The notes: generated by a model from the sequence alone, not told the origin. DNA of 64,000 nucleotides from Candidatus Angelobacter sp. (GCA_035695325.1 DASSEH010000011.1:29706-93705), one strand, 5' to 3'; counted from the first letter of the stretch, positions 10,396 through 19,266 are shown. Translations and numbers: made by a program.

Positions 10396-11388
10396 ATGGG
10401 TCTCCACACCCGCGTTGAATCATTTACGACCCCGCATGCCGACGGACTTGAGATCCTGGATCTGCGGCATTTCAGCGCGCAGCACCTGCGGCATCTGCTG
10501 GAGAACGAGACCGCGCTCTGGGGCCGGACCATGTCGTGGGACTACAAGCCTTCGGCGGAGATGATTCTGCGCTATATCGATTCCAAGATCCTGCCCGGAT
10601 ACGCCGCCGTGGAGCATGGGCGTGTGGGTGGGTATGCGTTTTTCGTCTATGAAGGTTCCAAGGGCGTGATTGGCGATATCTTCGGCGATGACAGCATCCA
10701 AATCACCGGAGACTGCGTGGAGCGCCGGCTGGCGGCGCACGTGATTGCAACCCTGCAGCAGTCGCCTGGCGTCCGCCGCATTGAAGCGCAGCTTCTTCCC
10801 CACGATTCCGGCGTGCTCAGCGCTCCGTTTTTAGAAGAAGGCTTTCGCCAGTTTCCCCGGCTTTTTATGTCCCTGCCTCTCAAGGACAATGCTGAACTGA
10901 ATCCTGCCCCCGGGGCCGACATTGAGTTCCGCCGCTGGTCAGAACAGGATTTCCAGCCGGCCGCCGCCGTGATCGCCAGCGCTTATCAGGGCCATATCGA
11001 TTCCGAAATCAACGACCAGTACCGCAGCCTTGGCGGCTCGCTGCGTTTTCTCAACAATATTGTGCGCTTCCCCGGATGCGGTACGTTTGACGCCAATTCT
11101 TCTTTTGTAGCGCTGCACCGCCCTACACGGTCGCTGGCAGGTTTGCTGCTCTGCTCGCGGGTGCGCGATGACGTGGGGCACGTTACCCAGGTCTGCGTGC
11201 TGCCTGGCCATCGCGGACGCGGGATTGGCGAATCGCTGATCGGGCTGTGCACGCGCGATCTGCGCAGCCGCAGCTTTTCTGCCCTGAGCCTGACCGTGAC
11301 CGAAGCCAATCGCAAGGCCGTGGAACTCTATCGCCGCCTCGGCTTCACCATTGAGCGCAGGTTTGATGCGTTTGTGTGGGAAGGGTAG
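10396..11388 (+). CDS. GNAT-family N-acetyltransferase
   Basis: C-terminal acetyl-CoA site VCVLPGHRGRGIGESL...AVELYRRLGF. Confidence 0.75.
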   Translation: MGLHTRVESFTTPHADGLEILDLRHFSAQHLRHLLENETALWGRTMSWDYKPSAEMILRYIDSKILPGYAAVEHGRVGGYAFFVYEGSKGVIGDIFGDDSIQITGDCVERRLAAHVIATLQQSPGVRRIEAQLLPHDSGVLSAPFLEEGFRQFPRLFMSLPLKDNAELNPAPGADIEFRRWSEQDFQPAAAVIASAYQGHIDSEINDQYRSLGGSLRFLNNIVRFPGCGTFDANSSFVALHRPTRSLAGLLLCSRVRDDVGHVTQVCVLPGHRGRGIGESLIGLCTRDLRSRSFSALSLTVTEANRKAVELYRRLGFTIERRFDAFVWEG

Positions 11389-11398
11389 ATGTCAGGAA

Positions 11399-11560
11399 GC
11401 AGCCGTCAGCACTCAGCATTCAGCACTCAGTCCTGAAACATCTTTCCTATAGCTCGACAGTTTGTGTGAGTTTCAGACCACGTATCGCCGCGCTGATTGA
11501 ATGCTCGGAGGTACAGTGCCTTGGCTGAATGCTGATTACTGAGTGCTGACTGCCATCAGC
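11399..11560. repeat. Composite palindromic intergenic element ('CAGCACTCAG/CATTCAG' family)
   Basis: Left arm 11399-11433 (gcagccgtcagcactcagcattcagcactcagtcc) is imperfectly complementary to right arm 11523-11560. An inner pair CTGAAAC...GTTTCAG is nested inside. The element sits between convergent genes. Confidence 0.6.
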
Positions 11561-11561
11561 C

Positions 11562-11768
11562 TCAGTGATGCAGCAGCCACATGATCCAGCTGGCCACGAA
11601 GAGCCCGCCCATGAACCAGGCAAAGCAGTAAGCGCCGTAGCGAAACATGTCGCGAGGGTAGCTGCGCGTGGTGATGCCAAAGACCACCGAAGAGAACAAA
11701 GAGAAGATCAGGGCCGCGGTGAAATGCGAGACCTGGAGGTTAGCAGTCTGGAACATGGCGAGCATCAC
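11562..11768 (-). CDS. Small 2-TM membrane protein
   Basis: 68 aa and hydrophobic. Its start overlaps the upstream stop as ATGA (11765-11768), suggesting translational coupling. Confidence 0.5.
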   Translation of the reverse strand: MMLAMFQTANLQVSHFTAALIFSLFSSVVFGITTRSYPRDMFRYGAYCFAWFMGGLFVASWIMWLLHH

Positions 11769-12184
11769 GGTTTCCGCCTCATTGCAATGTGGTATGCGTC
11801 CACCATGACCATGATGTTCAGCAGGCCCGCAACCACGATATATTTGGTCCCATAATCGGCGGTGGCGGAGGTGATGGCCGTGCCGCCCCAGTTAAGCATG
11901 CGTCCCAGAATGTAGAGGCCACCGGCGCCGGCGTCACCCACAAAGCCAAGAATGTCCAGCAGATCGCCGGTATTAGGCTGGTAGATTTTGCCTTCCATGG
12001 CCACGCCCAGGAAAAACATGATGAACACGGAGACCATCAGGACCACGCCGCGAATCCAGCGCTTCTGCACGATATGCCCCGCGCCGGGGATGATCCAGCC
12101 AAGCGCGGGCGCGATCAGAGCCATGCTGCTGATCGGTTCGGGCGGCGCTTTGGCCTGCGTTGAGGTTGCTTCGGATTTTGCCAT
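11765..12184 (-). CDS. Membrane protein of unknown function
   Basis: 139 aa with several TM segments (IIPGAGHIVQKRWIRGVVLMVSVFIMFFLG...). Its ATG directly abuts the stop of the M24 peptidase gene. Confidence 0.65.
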   Translation of the reverse strand: MAKSEATSTQAKAPPEPISSMALIAPALGWIIPGAGHIVQKRWIRGVVLMVSVFIMFFLGVAMEGKIYQPNTGDLLDILGFVGDAGAGGLYILGRMLNWGGTAITSATADYGTKYIVVAGLLNIMVMVDAYHIAMRRKP

Positions 12185-13351
12185 TTAGATGAGGACCAGT
12201 TCGCGCTGAATTTTACCGGTTACTTCCGCCGCGCCATTGCGGACCAGCACGTTGACTTCACTGCGGACACCAAACTCGCCGGGAAGATAAATGCCGGGTT
12301 CAATGGAAAAACAGGTGTTGGGAATGATCTCGCGGTCGTCTTTGGTTTCCAGATTGTCGATGTTCGCGCCATTGCCGTGCACGTTCTCACCAATGGAGTG
12401 GCCGGTGCGGTGGATAAAATACTTTCCATATCCGGCCCCGGCGATGTGATCGCGCGTGGCCTGGTCCACTTCCCAGCCGGCAATTTTGCGTTTGGCGGCG
12501 CAGGCTTCCTGGACTTTTTTGATGCCGGCATCGCGCGCATCGCGGACAATCTCAAAAACTTTCTGCTGTTTTTCCGAAGGCGCGCCAATCACGCCCGTCC
12601 AGGTAATGTCGTAATAGACGGCGCGGGGCGTGGTCTTTTTCGCCCACATATCGAGCAGCACAAAGTCACCGGGATTTATGCGCGAGGACCCCTCGGCTTT
12701 GGGCTCGTAATGGGGATTGCCGCTGTTGGCGTTCACGCCCACAATCGGCAGGTCTTCGGTGACCAGCGACTCGCGGCGGAAGGCCTCGGCGATCCACTGC
12801 TGGATTTCGTATTCCGTAACGCCGCCATTGCGCGCTCTGCGCCCAATCTCCTGGAATGTTGCGGGGACGATGGAGTCAATGGCGTCGCGGGCGGCAAAGT
12901 GGCTTTGGATCTGCTCTTCCGTCCATGCGGCCTCAAAGCGAGCCACCAGGTCGCCGGAGCTGACGACATCCTTGCCAAAGCTTCGCACCAGTTCCACCGT
13001 GCCGGCATCGACCAGCCCGATGTAGGGAACCAGATTGTTGGGCGAATACTGCATGGCCACGGTCTTTGCACTGCCCAGCATGGTTTTCAGCTGGTCCCAA
13101 AGCTCCTGCCAGGAAGAGTACTCGCGCTTGCTGCCGGGGAGGGTGTCGAGGTGTCCGGCTTCAATGCGGTGCACCAGGCGGACGGGATCGCCCTCGCGGG
13201 GAATCAGATAAAACCAGCGCCGGGTGACAAACAGAGTTTCCGGCAGGCCGAGAATCTTGTAGGCAATGGGATCGCGATGATGGTGGTCGTAAAACAGCCA
13301 CGCATCAAAGCCGCGTTCGCGCAGGGCAGACTGTATGGATTGCAGGTTCAT
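12185..13351 (-). CDS. M24-family metallopeptidase (Xaa-Pro aminopeptidase-like)
   Basis: Pita-bread fold metal-ligand region: DFVLLDMWA..., HRTGHSIGENVHG, CFSIEPGIY. Confidence 0.85.
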   Translation of the reverse strand: MNLQSIQSALRERGFDAWLFYDHHHRDPIAYKILGLPETLFVTRRWFYLIPREGDPVRLVHRIEAGHLDTLPGSKREYSSWQELWDQLKTMLGSAKTVAMQYSPNNLVPYIGLVDAGTVELVRSFGKDVVSSGDLVARFEAAWTEEQIQSHFAARDAIDSIVPATFQEIGRRARNGGVTEYEIQQWIAEAFRRESLVTEDLPIVGVNANSGNPHYEPKAEGSSRINPGDFVLLDMWAKKTTPRAVYYDITWTGVIGAPSEKQQKVFEIVRDARDAGIKKVQEACAAKRKIAGWEVDQATRDHIAGAGYGKYFIHRTGHSIGENVHGNGANIDNLETKDDREIIPNTCFSIEPGIYLPGEFGVRSEVNVLVRNGAAEVTGKIQRELVLI

Positions 13352-13426
13352 GCTCAGAATCTTCTATTAAATCACAGTTTTCGGCAGCACCGGGACAGGC
13401 AGCAGCCTTTCGCACATCCACTTAAG

Positions 13427-14719
13427 TTAGGCAACGCTGACAGCACCCGCTCTTACGGGATCGGGCGCCGTGCCCAGGGTGCGGTCATAGATCCATAACA
13501 GGAAAGCAGTGAGTAAGCCCACGGCCGTAATCACCCACCAGATGCGCTGTGGCTGCTTTTGCACTTCGCCGAAATAATAAAGGAGCAACCCGCCAAAGGG
13601 GCCGCCGACCAGCGAGCCGATCCCGATGGGCAAAAAGGCGAAGCCCATATACGTCCCCTGCTGGCCCGGAGGGGCAAGCCGTGAAATGTATTCATAGTAT
13701 TTGGGCGACTGAATGATTTCACCCAGAGCGACGACCGCAAGCGTGCCATACGCCATAGCCACGGAAGGGTGAATGATCAGCAGAATCCAGGCCAGAGATG
13801 AAATGAGAGTTCCCAGAGTAACCGCACGAAACGAGGCCATTTTGCGGGTGAGTGTATTGAGTATCACGGTGAGAGTGATGACAAGGGCCGGGCCGGTGGC
13901 CAGCATTCTTTCCGTGTCAGCACTGGAGCTGATGTATTTGCTCACATAGAGCGGCAAAATGATGAACTCCTGCCAGTACACGATCCAGTAGCCGGAGAAA
14001 ATTACCAGGAACAAAAGGAAGCGGGGATTGGAAACAACCGTGCCAAAATTGCGGGCCACTTCGCAGAAGCTTGCCGCCTGGGTTTCGCCGGATTGCCGGG
14101 GTTCCTTGAAAAAAATCAGGACGCCAAAGAACATGAGAAACACGCTGAAAGCGGCGACGCGAAAAACGTTCTCCACGCTCATATGGTGATGGACCCAGGA
14201 GGCCACCAGGGGTCCAAAGAACCCGCCGATATTCACCAGCGTGTAGTAGATGGAATAGCCGATGGAGCGAACATTCTCTTTGGAAGCGCGCGCCGTGGTG
14301 CCAACCACGCACGGCTTAACCAAAGCAACGCCCAGGGCGGGGAGCATAAGCACCACGATTACCAGCGCCAGCAGAGGCACATGATCGCGCACCGGTCCCA
14401 GCCAGGGAGCGCCCAGGGAGCCCAGCAGAAAATATGAGCCGCCAAGAATGAGATAAGCCAGAGAGAGAGCACGGCGAAAGCCCAGACGGTCAGCCACCGT
14501 TCCGCCAATGATGGCCAGAAGCCAGACCAGTGCGCCGAAAAGCCCGGTGAGTGCTCCCACGCGCTTTACCGGAAAGTGCAGGGTCTCGTTGAGATAACGG
14601 GCCAGCGAGGCAAAGGCTGCGTAATAGGAAAGCCGCTCAAAAAGTTCGCTGATGTTCGCGACCCAGAAGGGGCGCTCAAAGCCGGTCCTTATTTCCTGAA
14701 GGCGCTCATAAAACGACAA
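13427..14719 (-). CDS. POT/PTR2-family proton-dependent oligopeptide transporter (MFS)
   Basis: N-terminal ExxERFxYY-type motif (SELFERLSYYA) and about 12 predicted TM segments. Confidence 0.85.
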   Translation of the reverse strand: MSFYERLQEIRTGFERPFWVANISELFERLSYYAAFASLARYLNETLHFPVKRVGALTGLFGALVWLLAIIGGTVADRLGFRRALSLAYLILGGSYFLLGSLGAPWLGPVRDHVPLLALVIVVLMLPALGVALVKPCVVGTTARASKENVRSIGYSIYYTLVNIGGFFGPLVASWVHHHMSVENVFRVAAFSVFLMFFGVLIFFKEPRQSGETQAASFCEVARNFGTVVSNPRFLLFLVIFSGYWIVYWQEFIILPLYVSKYISSSADTERMLATGPALVITLTVILNTLTRKMASFRAVTLGTLISSLAWILLIIHPSVAMAYGTLAVVALGEIIQSPKYYEYISRLAPPGQQGTYMGFAFLPIGIGSLVGGPFGGLLLYYFGEVQKQPQRIWWVITAVGLLTAFLLWIYDRTLGTAPDPVRAGAVSVA

Positions 14720-14734
14720 AATGATTCTCCTCTG

Positions 14735-15034
14735 CTACCTGGCGGCCAGGCCGGCCAGTTTTTGGCGAAGCTGCTCTGCCGTGATGCCGGTGATGCGTAC
14801 GATTTTCAGGCGGCTGGTTTCTCCGCTGGTTATGGTAACGGACGAGCGGGAAATTTGGAAAAAATCGGCAAAGAATTCCACCACCGCCTGATTGGCCTTG
14901 CCCTCCACCGGCGGGGCGGTGAGCGAAAGTTTGAGCGCGTCCCCGACCGTTCCGGTGACCGCATTTTTGCGGGCGCCGGGATGGACCTTTACGGCAAAGC
15001 TCAGCCCCGTGGCGGATTCCCGGACAGGGATCAT
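14735..15034 (-). CDS. DUF167 (YggU-like) protein
   Basis: ...FAVKVHPGARKNAV...LKLSLTAPPVEGKANQAVVEFFADFF.... The start overlaps the yggS stop by 4 nt. Confidence 0.8.
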   Translation of the reverse strand: MIPVRESATGLSFAVKVHPGARKNAVTGTVGDALKLSLTAPPVEGKANQAVVEFFADFFQISRSSVTITSGETSRLKIVRITGITAEQLRQKLAGLAAR

Positions 15035-15753
15035 GGTTTGGGACGCGAGCCAAAGATGGCGCTGCCCACGCGCACGCAGGTGGAACCCTCTTCAATGGCC
15101 ACTTCAAAGTCGTGCGACATGCCCATGGAAAGCACGTCCATGCGGATGGCGGGCAGGTGGCGCGCGGTGATGCTCTCCCGCAGCTGGCGCAGGCCGCGAA
15201 ACCAGGGGCGCGCGCCCTCGGGATCTTCGGTATAAGGCGGAACGGTCATGAGTCCGCTGATACGAAGATGCTCGAGTTCCGGCGCTGCCTGAAGAATCTG
15301 TTCCAGCTCCGGCGAATTGGCTGCCAGGCCGGCTTTGCTTTCTTCGCCGCCAATGTTGATTTCCAGCAGGACCTCGAGCTGCCGGCCCGCCTGGGCGGCG
15401 GCCTGGTTGAGTTTGCGGGCCAGGGTGAGGGAATCCACGGAATCCACGGTGTGGAACAGTTCCACCGTTTTTTTGGCCTTGTTGGACTGAAGATGCCCGA
15501 TCAGCCGCCACTGTGCGTCCTTGAGATGCTGGAGTTGGGGAAGCTTTTCAGTAAATTCCTGCACCCGGTTTTCGCCAAAGCAGCGAACGCCGGCGGCATG
15601 GGCCTCGGCAATGTGTTCCGGTGCCACGGTCTTGCTGACGGCCATCAGAGTAATGGATTCAGGGCCGCGCCCGGCGCGGACGGCAGCGGCGGCCATGCGC
15701 TCGCGTATCAGGGCAAGATTGTGAGCAATGCTTTTGGTCGCGGACATCGGCAA
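15031..15753 (-). CDS. yggS: YggS-family PLP homeostasis protein
   Basis: PLP-lysine context TLMAVSKTV, then GENRVQE...HLIGHLQSNK and the C-terminal SMGMSHDFEVAIEEGSTCVRVGSAIFG. Confidence 0.9.
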   Translation of the reverse strand: MPMSATKSIAHNLALIRERMAAAAVRAGRGPESITLMAVSKTVAPEHIAEAHAAGVRCFGENRVQEFTEKLPQLQHLKDAQWRLIGHLQSNKAKKTVELFHTVDSVDSLTLARKLNQAAAQAGRQLEVLLEINIGGEESKAGLAANSPELEQILQAAPELEHLRISGLMTVPPYTEDPEGARPWFRGLRQLRESITARHLPAIRMDVLSMGMSHDFEVAIEEGSTCVRVGSAIFGSRPKP

Positions 15754-15850
15754 TCCCTCTTAGGCGGAGCTGCTGCATCAGATTAACCCGAAGGCCAGGC
15801 ATTCTCCGAATCAGTTGATTCAGGTATGGACCCTTTTGTTCCTGCGCAGC

Positions 15851-16144
15851 TTATGTGTGCTCCCCCATGCATTTGGCGTTAACGATTGCAATGGATTCGA
15901 CGATTTGCTCCGGGAGTACGTTATCTGCCATGTTCCTTGCCTCATCCTTCTTGTAGATTTCATGTACGGCTTCGTGTCCGGCAACGGCCAGAATGATTTG
16001 GCCCGCGGACTGAATTGCTGTTTCATTTCTAAAGACGAAACCGTATTTCGGATGTGACTCGATCCACCCTGGCCGGCAGGACAGTTGGCCTGGACCAGTC
16101 ATCACTGCTTCGCAGCAATGCTCCAGTCCACGGGCGGGCTGCAA
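15851..16144 (-). pseudogene. Short ORF or remnant with an HExxH motif (possible decayed metallopeptidase gene)
   Basis: The 97 codons contain ILAVAGHEAVHEIY. The frame opens only at 16150, there is no clear RBS, and it lies at the left edge of the AT-rich insertion. Confidence 0.25.
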
Positions 16145-16819
16145 GTGAAGTTATTCTGGGCGCGGAGCGCGAAGAGTACCACGCTGGTGGCTTGTGGAGA
16201 CAGTTGTGGGATTCTTCGACCGCTAAAGTGGCCTCAGAATTACAGGGTGTAATTTGTATGGCCATGAAACAAACAGAACAGAAACAAAAGATTTGCAGCA
16301 ATCTCTGCGGTCGGCCGTGGCTTACGAGCAGGGCAATACGGCCTCACTGCGCGTCACTGAGCGTCCTCCGCCACCCAAACTATTGCGCCCAGCCAGATAC
16401 GCGCCATTCGCCAGTCGTTCAATGGGAGCCAGGCCGTTTTTGGAGCAGGGAGTGCGCAGCCCGAGAGAGGCACTCTTACAACTGTTTATGAATGCGCAGA
16501 AGCATCCCCATGTTCTGCTGGCACGAGAGTAACTGTATATGTGCGCATGCGTCGTTAATTTCCCAACTCAGGCGGCAGCGAAAGCGAACAATTAAGAGTT
16601 CACGTTATGGAATGCGAGGCACGGCGCTTGTGCCATGCTGAACAACAGCGCGCAGGCACAAAGAATGCGAAAAAGGGCCATGCCGCCAGCTGGGGTAAGC
16701 TGTCGAAGATCGCTAAACCATTTAGCCGTAATCTGATCGTCTGTATTTGAATATCCTCAAGAAATGCTGAAAATAGTTCCAGACATTCATTTAGAATTCT
16801 CAGCGGTGATACCAGGGCA

Positions 16820-18040
16820 ATGAAACCACTGATGACGCTTTTGAAGACCGACCGTGCACAAGTGGATGCGCTATCTATCGAGCAGGTCGTTGCACTCTGC
16901 GGAACAGGCAAACTTACCGACAACTCAGACACCTGCCACGACTTACGAGACTATCTTCAAATTGCCGAAAGTGGAAACTTGTTCAAATATCTCAAAGTCT
17001 GTTTGCGCGCAGGTTTTGACAAAAGTGGTTTTATCCTTCAGGACATAGTGAACGAGTTTGGTCGGCGGTTGGATTACACAGTTACCAACGGACTATATCA
17101 AGGCAGAACAAATGCAATAGGATACGACGGCTTATGGGTTGCGCCTGACGGTCGTGTAATTGTGATAGAAGTGAAAACCACAGATGCTTATCGTGTCAAT
17201 CTAGATATAATCGCTGGTTATCGAGAACAGTTGGTTAAGGCTGGAACTATCGACCAGGAGTCATCAGTTCTTCTTGTGGTTGGCCGCCAAGATACTGGAG
17301 ACTTGGAAGCGCAAGTCCGCGGTTCAAAACACGCATGGGCTTTTCGAATTATCAGCGCCGAATCGCTCGCGAAACTTGTTGAACTGAAAGAAAATACTGA
17401 ACTCGCTTCAGTGTCCAAAATTCACGACCTTCTAGTTCCGTTTGAATACACTCGACTCGATAAAATTATTGACATTGCATTCACGGTTGCAGAGAATGCA
17501 ACAACCGCAGCCGAGCGAGCCGACGTAGAACAAATAAGTGATTTGGCAAGCGCAATTATTGATGGTACGACAATTGAGGAGCGGCGCCCCTACAGTCCCA
17601 CACCGGCAGAAATAGTGAGCCGCCTCAGAGAACAGATAATATCGGCATTGACCCCAAAGTACGCTCCGATGATCAAAAAGAGTCGAGCACTTTATTGGAC
17701 GGCGGACAAGTCTGTTCGCGCCGTAATTACTATCTCAAAAGAATATAAGTCCGGAGATTTCTGGTACGGTTATCACCCTGATTGGGATCAATTTTTGAAG
17801 GAAGGTTCGACAGGTCTATTTGTTCTTGGCTGTGTTGGCAGGAACGAGGCGTTTGCAATTCCGTTTGATTGGATTCACGACAGGCTTGACCGTCTCAACA
17901 TTACCGAGAGAGAAGGCGGCACAAGTTATCACATCCAACTATTTCTAGGCACAACGGGAAAGCTGGTTTTACGTTTAAAGAATGGGCAAAATGAGAATAT
18001 CAATCAATTCGAATTGACTCTCTCGAAAATGTTAATTTAG
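16820..18040 (+). CDS. Hypothetical protein with a PD-(D/E)xK nuclease-like N-terminal core and an uncharacterised C-terminal domain
   Basis: A 406-aa ORF in AT-rich DNA. The motif GYDGLWVAPDGRVIVIEVKTTDAY fits D...(D/E)-x-K. I recognised no family for residues about 270-400. Confidence 0.7.
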   Translation: MKPLMTLLKTDRAQVDALSIEQVVALCGTGKLTDNSDTCHDLRDYLQIAESGNLFKYLKVCLRAGFDKSGFILQDIVNEFGRRLDYTVTNGLYQGRTNAIGYDGLWVAPDGRVIVIEVKTTDAYRVNLDIIAGYREQLVKAGTIDQESSVLLVVGRQDTGDLEAQVRGSKHAWAFRIISAESLAKLVELKENTELASVSKIHDLLVPFEYTRLDKIIDIAFTVAENATTAAERADVEQISDLASAIIDGTTIEERRPYSPTPAEIVSRLREQIISALTPKYAPMIKKSRALYWTADKSVRAVITISKEYKSGDFWYGYHPDWDQFLKEGSTGLFVLGCVGRNEAFAIPFDWIHDRLDRLNITEREGGTSYHIQLFLGTTGKLVLRLKNGQNENINQFELTLSKMLI

Positions 18041-18055
18041 CCCTGCCATATCCAT

Positions 18056-18078
18056 GGGTTCGAATCCTTCTGCCCGCC
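18056..18078 (+). other. tRNA 3'-end-like fragment (T-loop plus 3' acceptor strand); possible att-site remnant
   Basis: GGGTTCGAATCCTTCTGCCCGCC contains the GGTTCGAATCC T-loop consensus, but no complementary 5' T-stem or acceptor strand is present upstream. Confidence 0.35.
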
Positions 18079-18296
18079 TCTCACTGCCCTGGACGTAACA
18101 ATCCCCCCAACTAGTCATTCAGTGCAGCGTGTGCCGTCTATGTGTACTACCGGACCAACGACTACCTGCTGCTGGGCAAAGACTCAGCTGACGACCACAG
18201 GCTTATTCAGACTTCAGCGGACAAGGTGCAACCCATACGCTGGACTGACTCACGCTCGCAATAAAGCAAGAGCTATGACGGTGCTGGGGGCTTCTG

Positions 18297-18890
18297 CTAC
18301 TTGCGGCCTTGCAGAATGAATGAAAGATGCGTCTTTACCGCGGGCCATTCGCTGGCAATGATGCTGTAGACGCAGGTATCGCGCAGGTTGCCATTGGGCA
18401 TGATCTGGTGGCTGCGGAGGATGCCGTCGAGTTTCGCGCCCAGCCGCTCGATGGCCCGCCGGCTGGCGTGGTTGAAAAAGCCGGTGCGGAACTCGACCGC
18501 AATGCAGTTCATCGATTCGAAGGCCTGTGTAAGAAGCATCAGCTTGCATTCGGTATTGACCGCGGTGCGCTGCAGGCTCTTCCGATACCATGTGCCGCCA
18601 ATCTCCACGCGGCGGTTGGGCGCGTCCACATTCATGTAGGTGGTAATGCCGGCAGGCTTTCCCGTTGTGGCGTCCAGCACGGCAAAGGGCAGCATGGCGC
18701 CGCTGGATTGCAGTCCAAGCCTCCGCTCGATGTCCGCGCGCATATGGGCAGGCTCGGGGATGATCGTATACCAGAGTTTCCACAGTTCGCCGTCTTTCAC
18801 GGCTTCGACCAGGCCGTCATGGTGGCGCTGCGAGAGCGGTTCGAGGATGGCATGTTTGCCGGTCAGGGTGGTGGGTTCAAGAAAGGGCAT
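18297..18890 (-). CDS. GNAT-family N-acetyltransferase (RimJ/RimL-like)
   Basis: 197 aa. LTGKHAILEPLSQRHHDGL...IAVEFRTGFFNHASRRAIERLGAKLDGILRSH is typical of the RimJ/L-like subfamily. Confidence 0.85.
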   Translation of the reverse strand: MPFLEPTTLTGKHAILEPLSQRHHDGLVEAVKDGELWKLWYTIIPEPAHMRADIERRLGLQSSGAMLPFAVLDATTGKPAGITTYMNVDAPNRRVEIGGTWYRKSLQRTAVNTECKLMLLTQAFESMNCIAVEFRTGFFNHASRRAIERLGAKLDGILRSHQIMPNGNLRDTCVYSIIASEWPAVKTHLSFILQGRK

Positions 18891-18988
18891 ATGGCTGGCA
18901 AATTTTCAGATTAAGACTATAACAAGGCGCACTGGGCAGAGATTTCTGCTTTACTCTTCTCCTTTTGTTTGCTATAGTGTTTTCGATT

Positions 18989-19030
18989 CGCCGCAGCCGG
19001 ATTTACATCCGGTTGCGGCGTTTGGCTTTT
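18989..19030 (+). terminator. Strong hairpin plus T-rich tail with no upstream CDS on this strand
   Basis: CGCCGCAGCCGGAT-ttac-ATCCGGTTGCGGCG (14 pairs including one G.T) is followed by TTTGGCTTTT. Confidence 0.35.
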
Positions 19031-19191
19031 ATGGAGTGAAAGCTTGGGTGGCCGTTGGGCCACCCAAGGGCCACGCTTGGGCCGACATGCATTAAGTGCT
19101 TTGTTTTCAGCAGGAGTGTGAAAAACAGGGGAGGGGGTACCCCTGTATAGACCGGTACAGACCGGGCGGATGGCTGACAGAAACCCCTTTA

Positions 19192-19266
19192 CCGCGGATT
19201 TACGCGGATGGACGCGGATCAAAAAATCTAAGAAAGGCAAAGCTGCACAGGCAGGAGTGCCTGTGC
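19192..19266. repeat. Intergenic repeat/hairpin cluster
   Basis: CCGCGGATTTACGCGGATGGACGCGGATC (19192-19220) has internal CGCGGAT repeats. GCACAGGCA-ggag-TGCCTGTGC (19245-19266) forms a perfect 9-bp hairpin. Confidence 0.5.

Noticed and set aside
12377-13498. 373-aa plus-strand ORF opposite the M24 peptidase gene
   Set aside because: This is an antisense shadow ORF, and the minus-strand gene carries clear metallopeptidase motifs.
18000-18095. An intact tRNA gene around the GGTTCGAATCC motif
   Set aside because: No complementary 5' acceptor strand or 5' T-stem is present, no anticodon or D arms can be drawn, and the upstream sequence is the end of a CDS. Only a 3' fragment is plausible.
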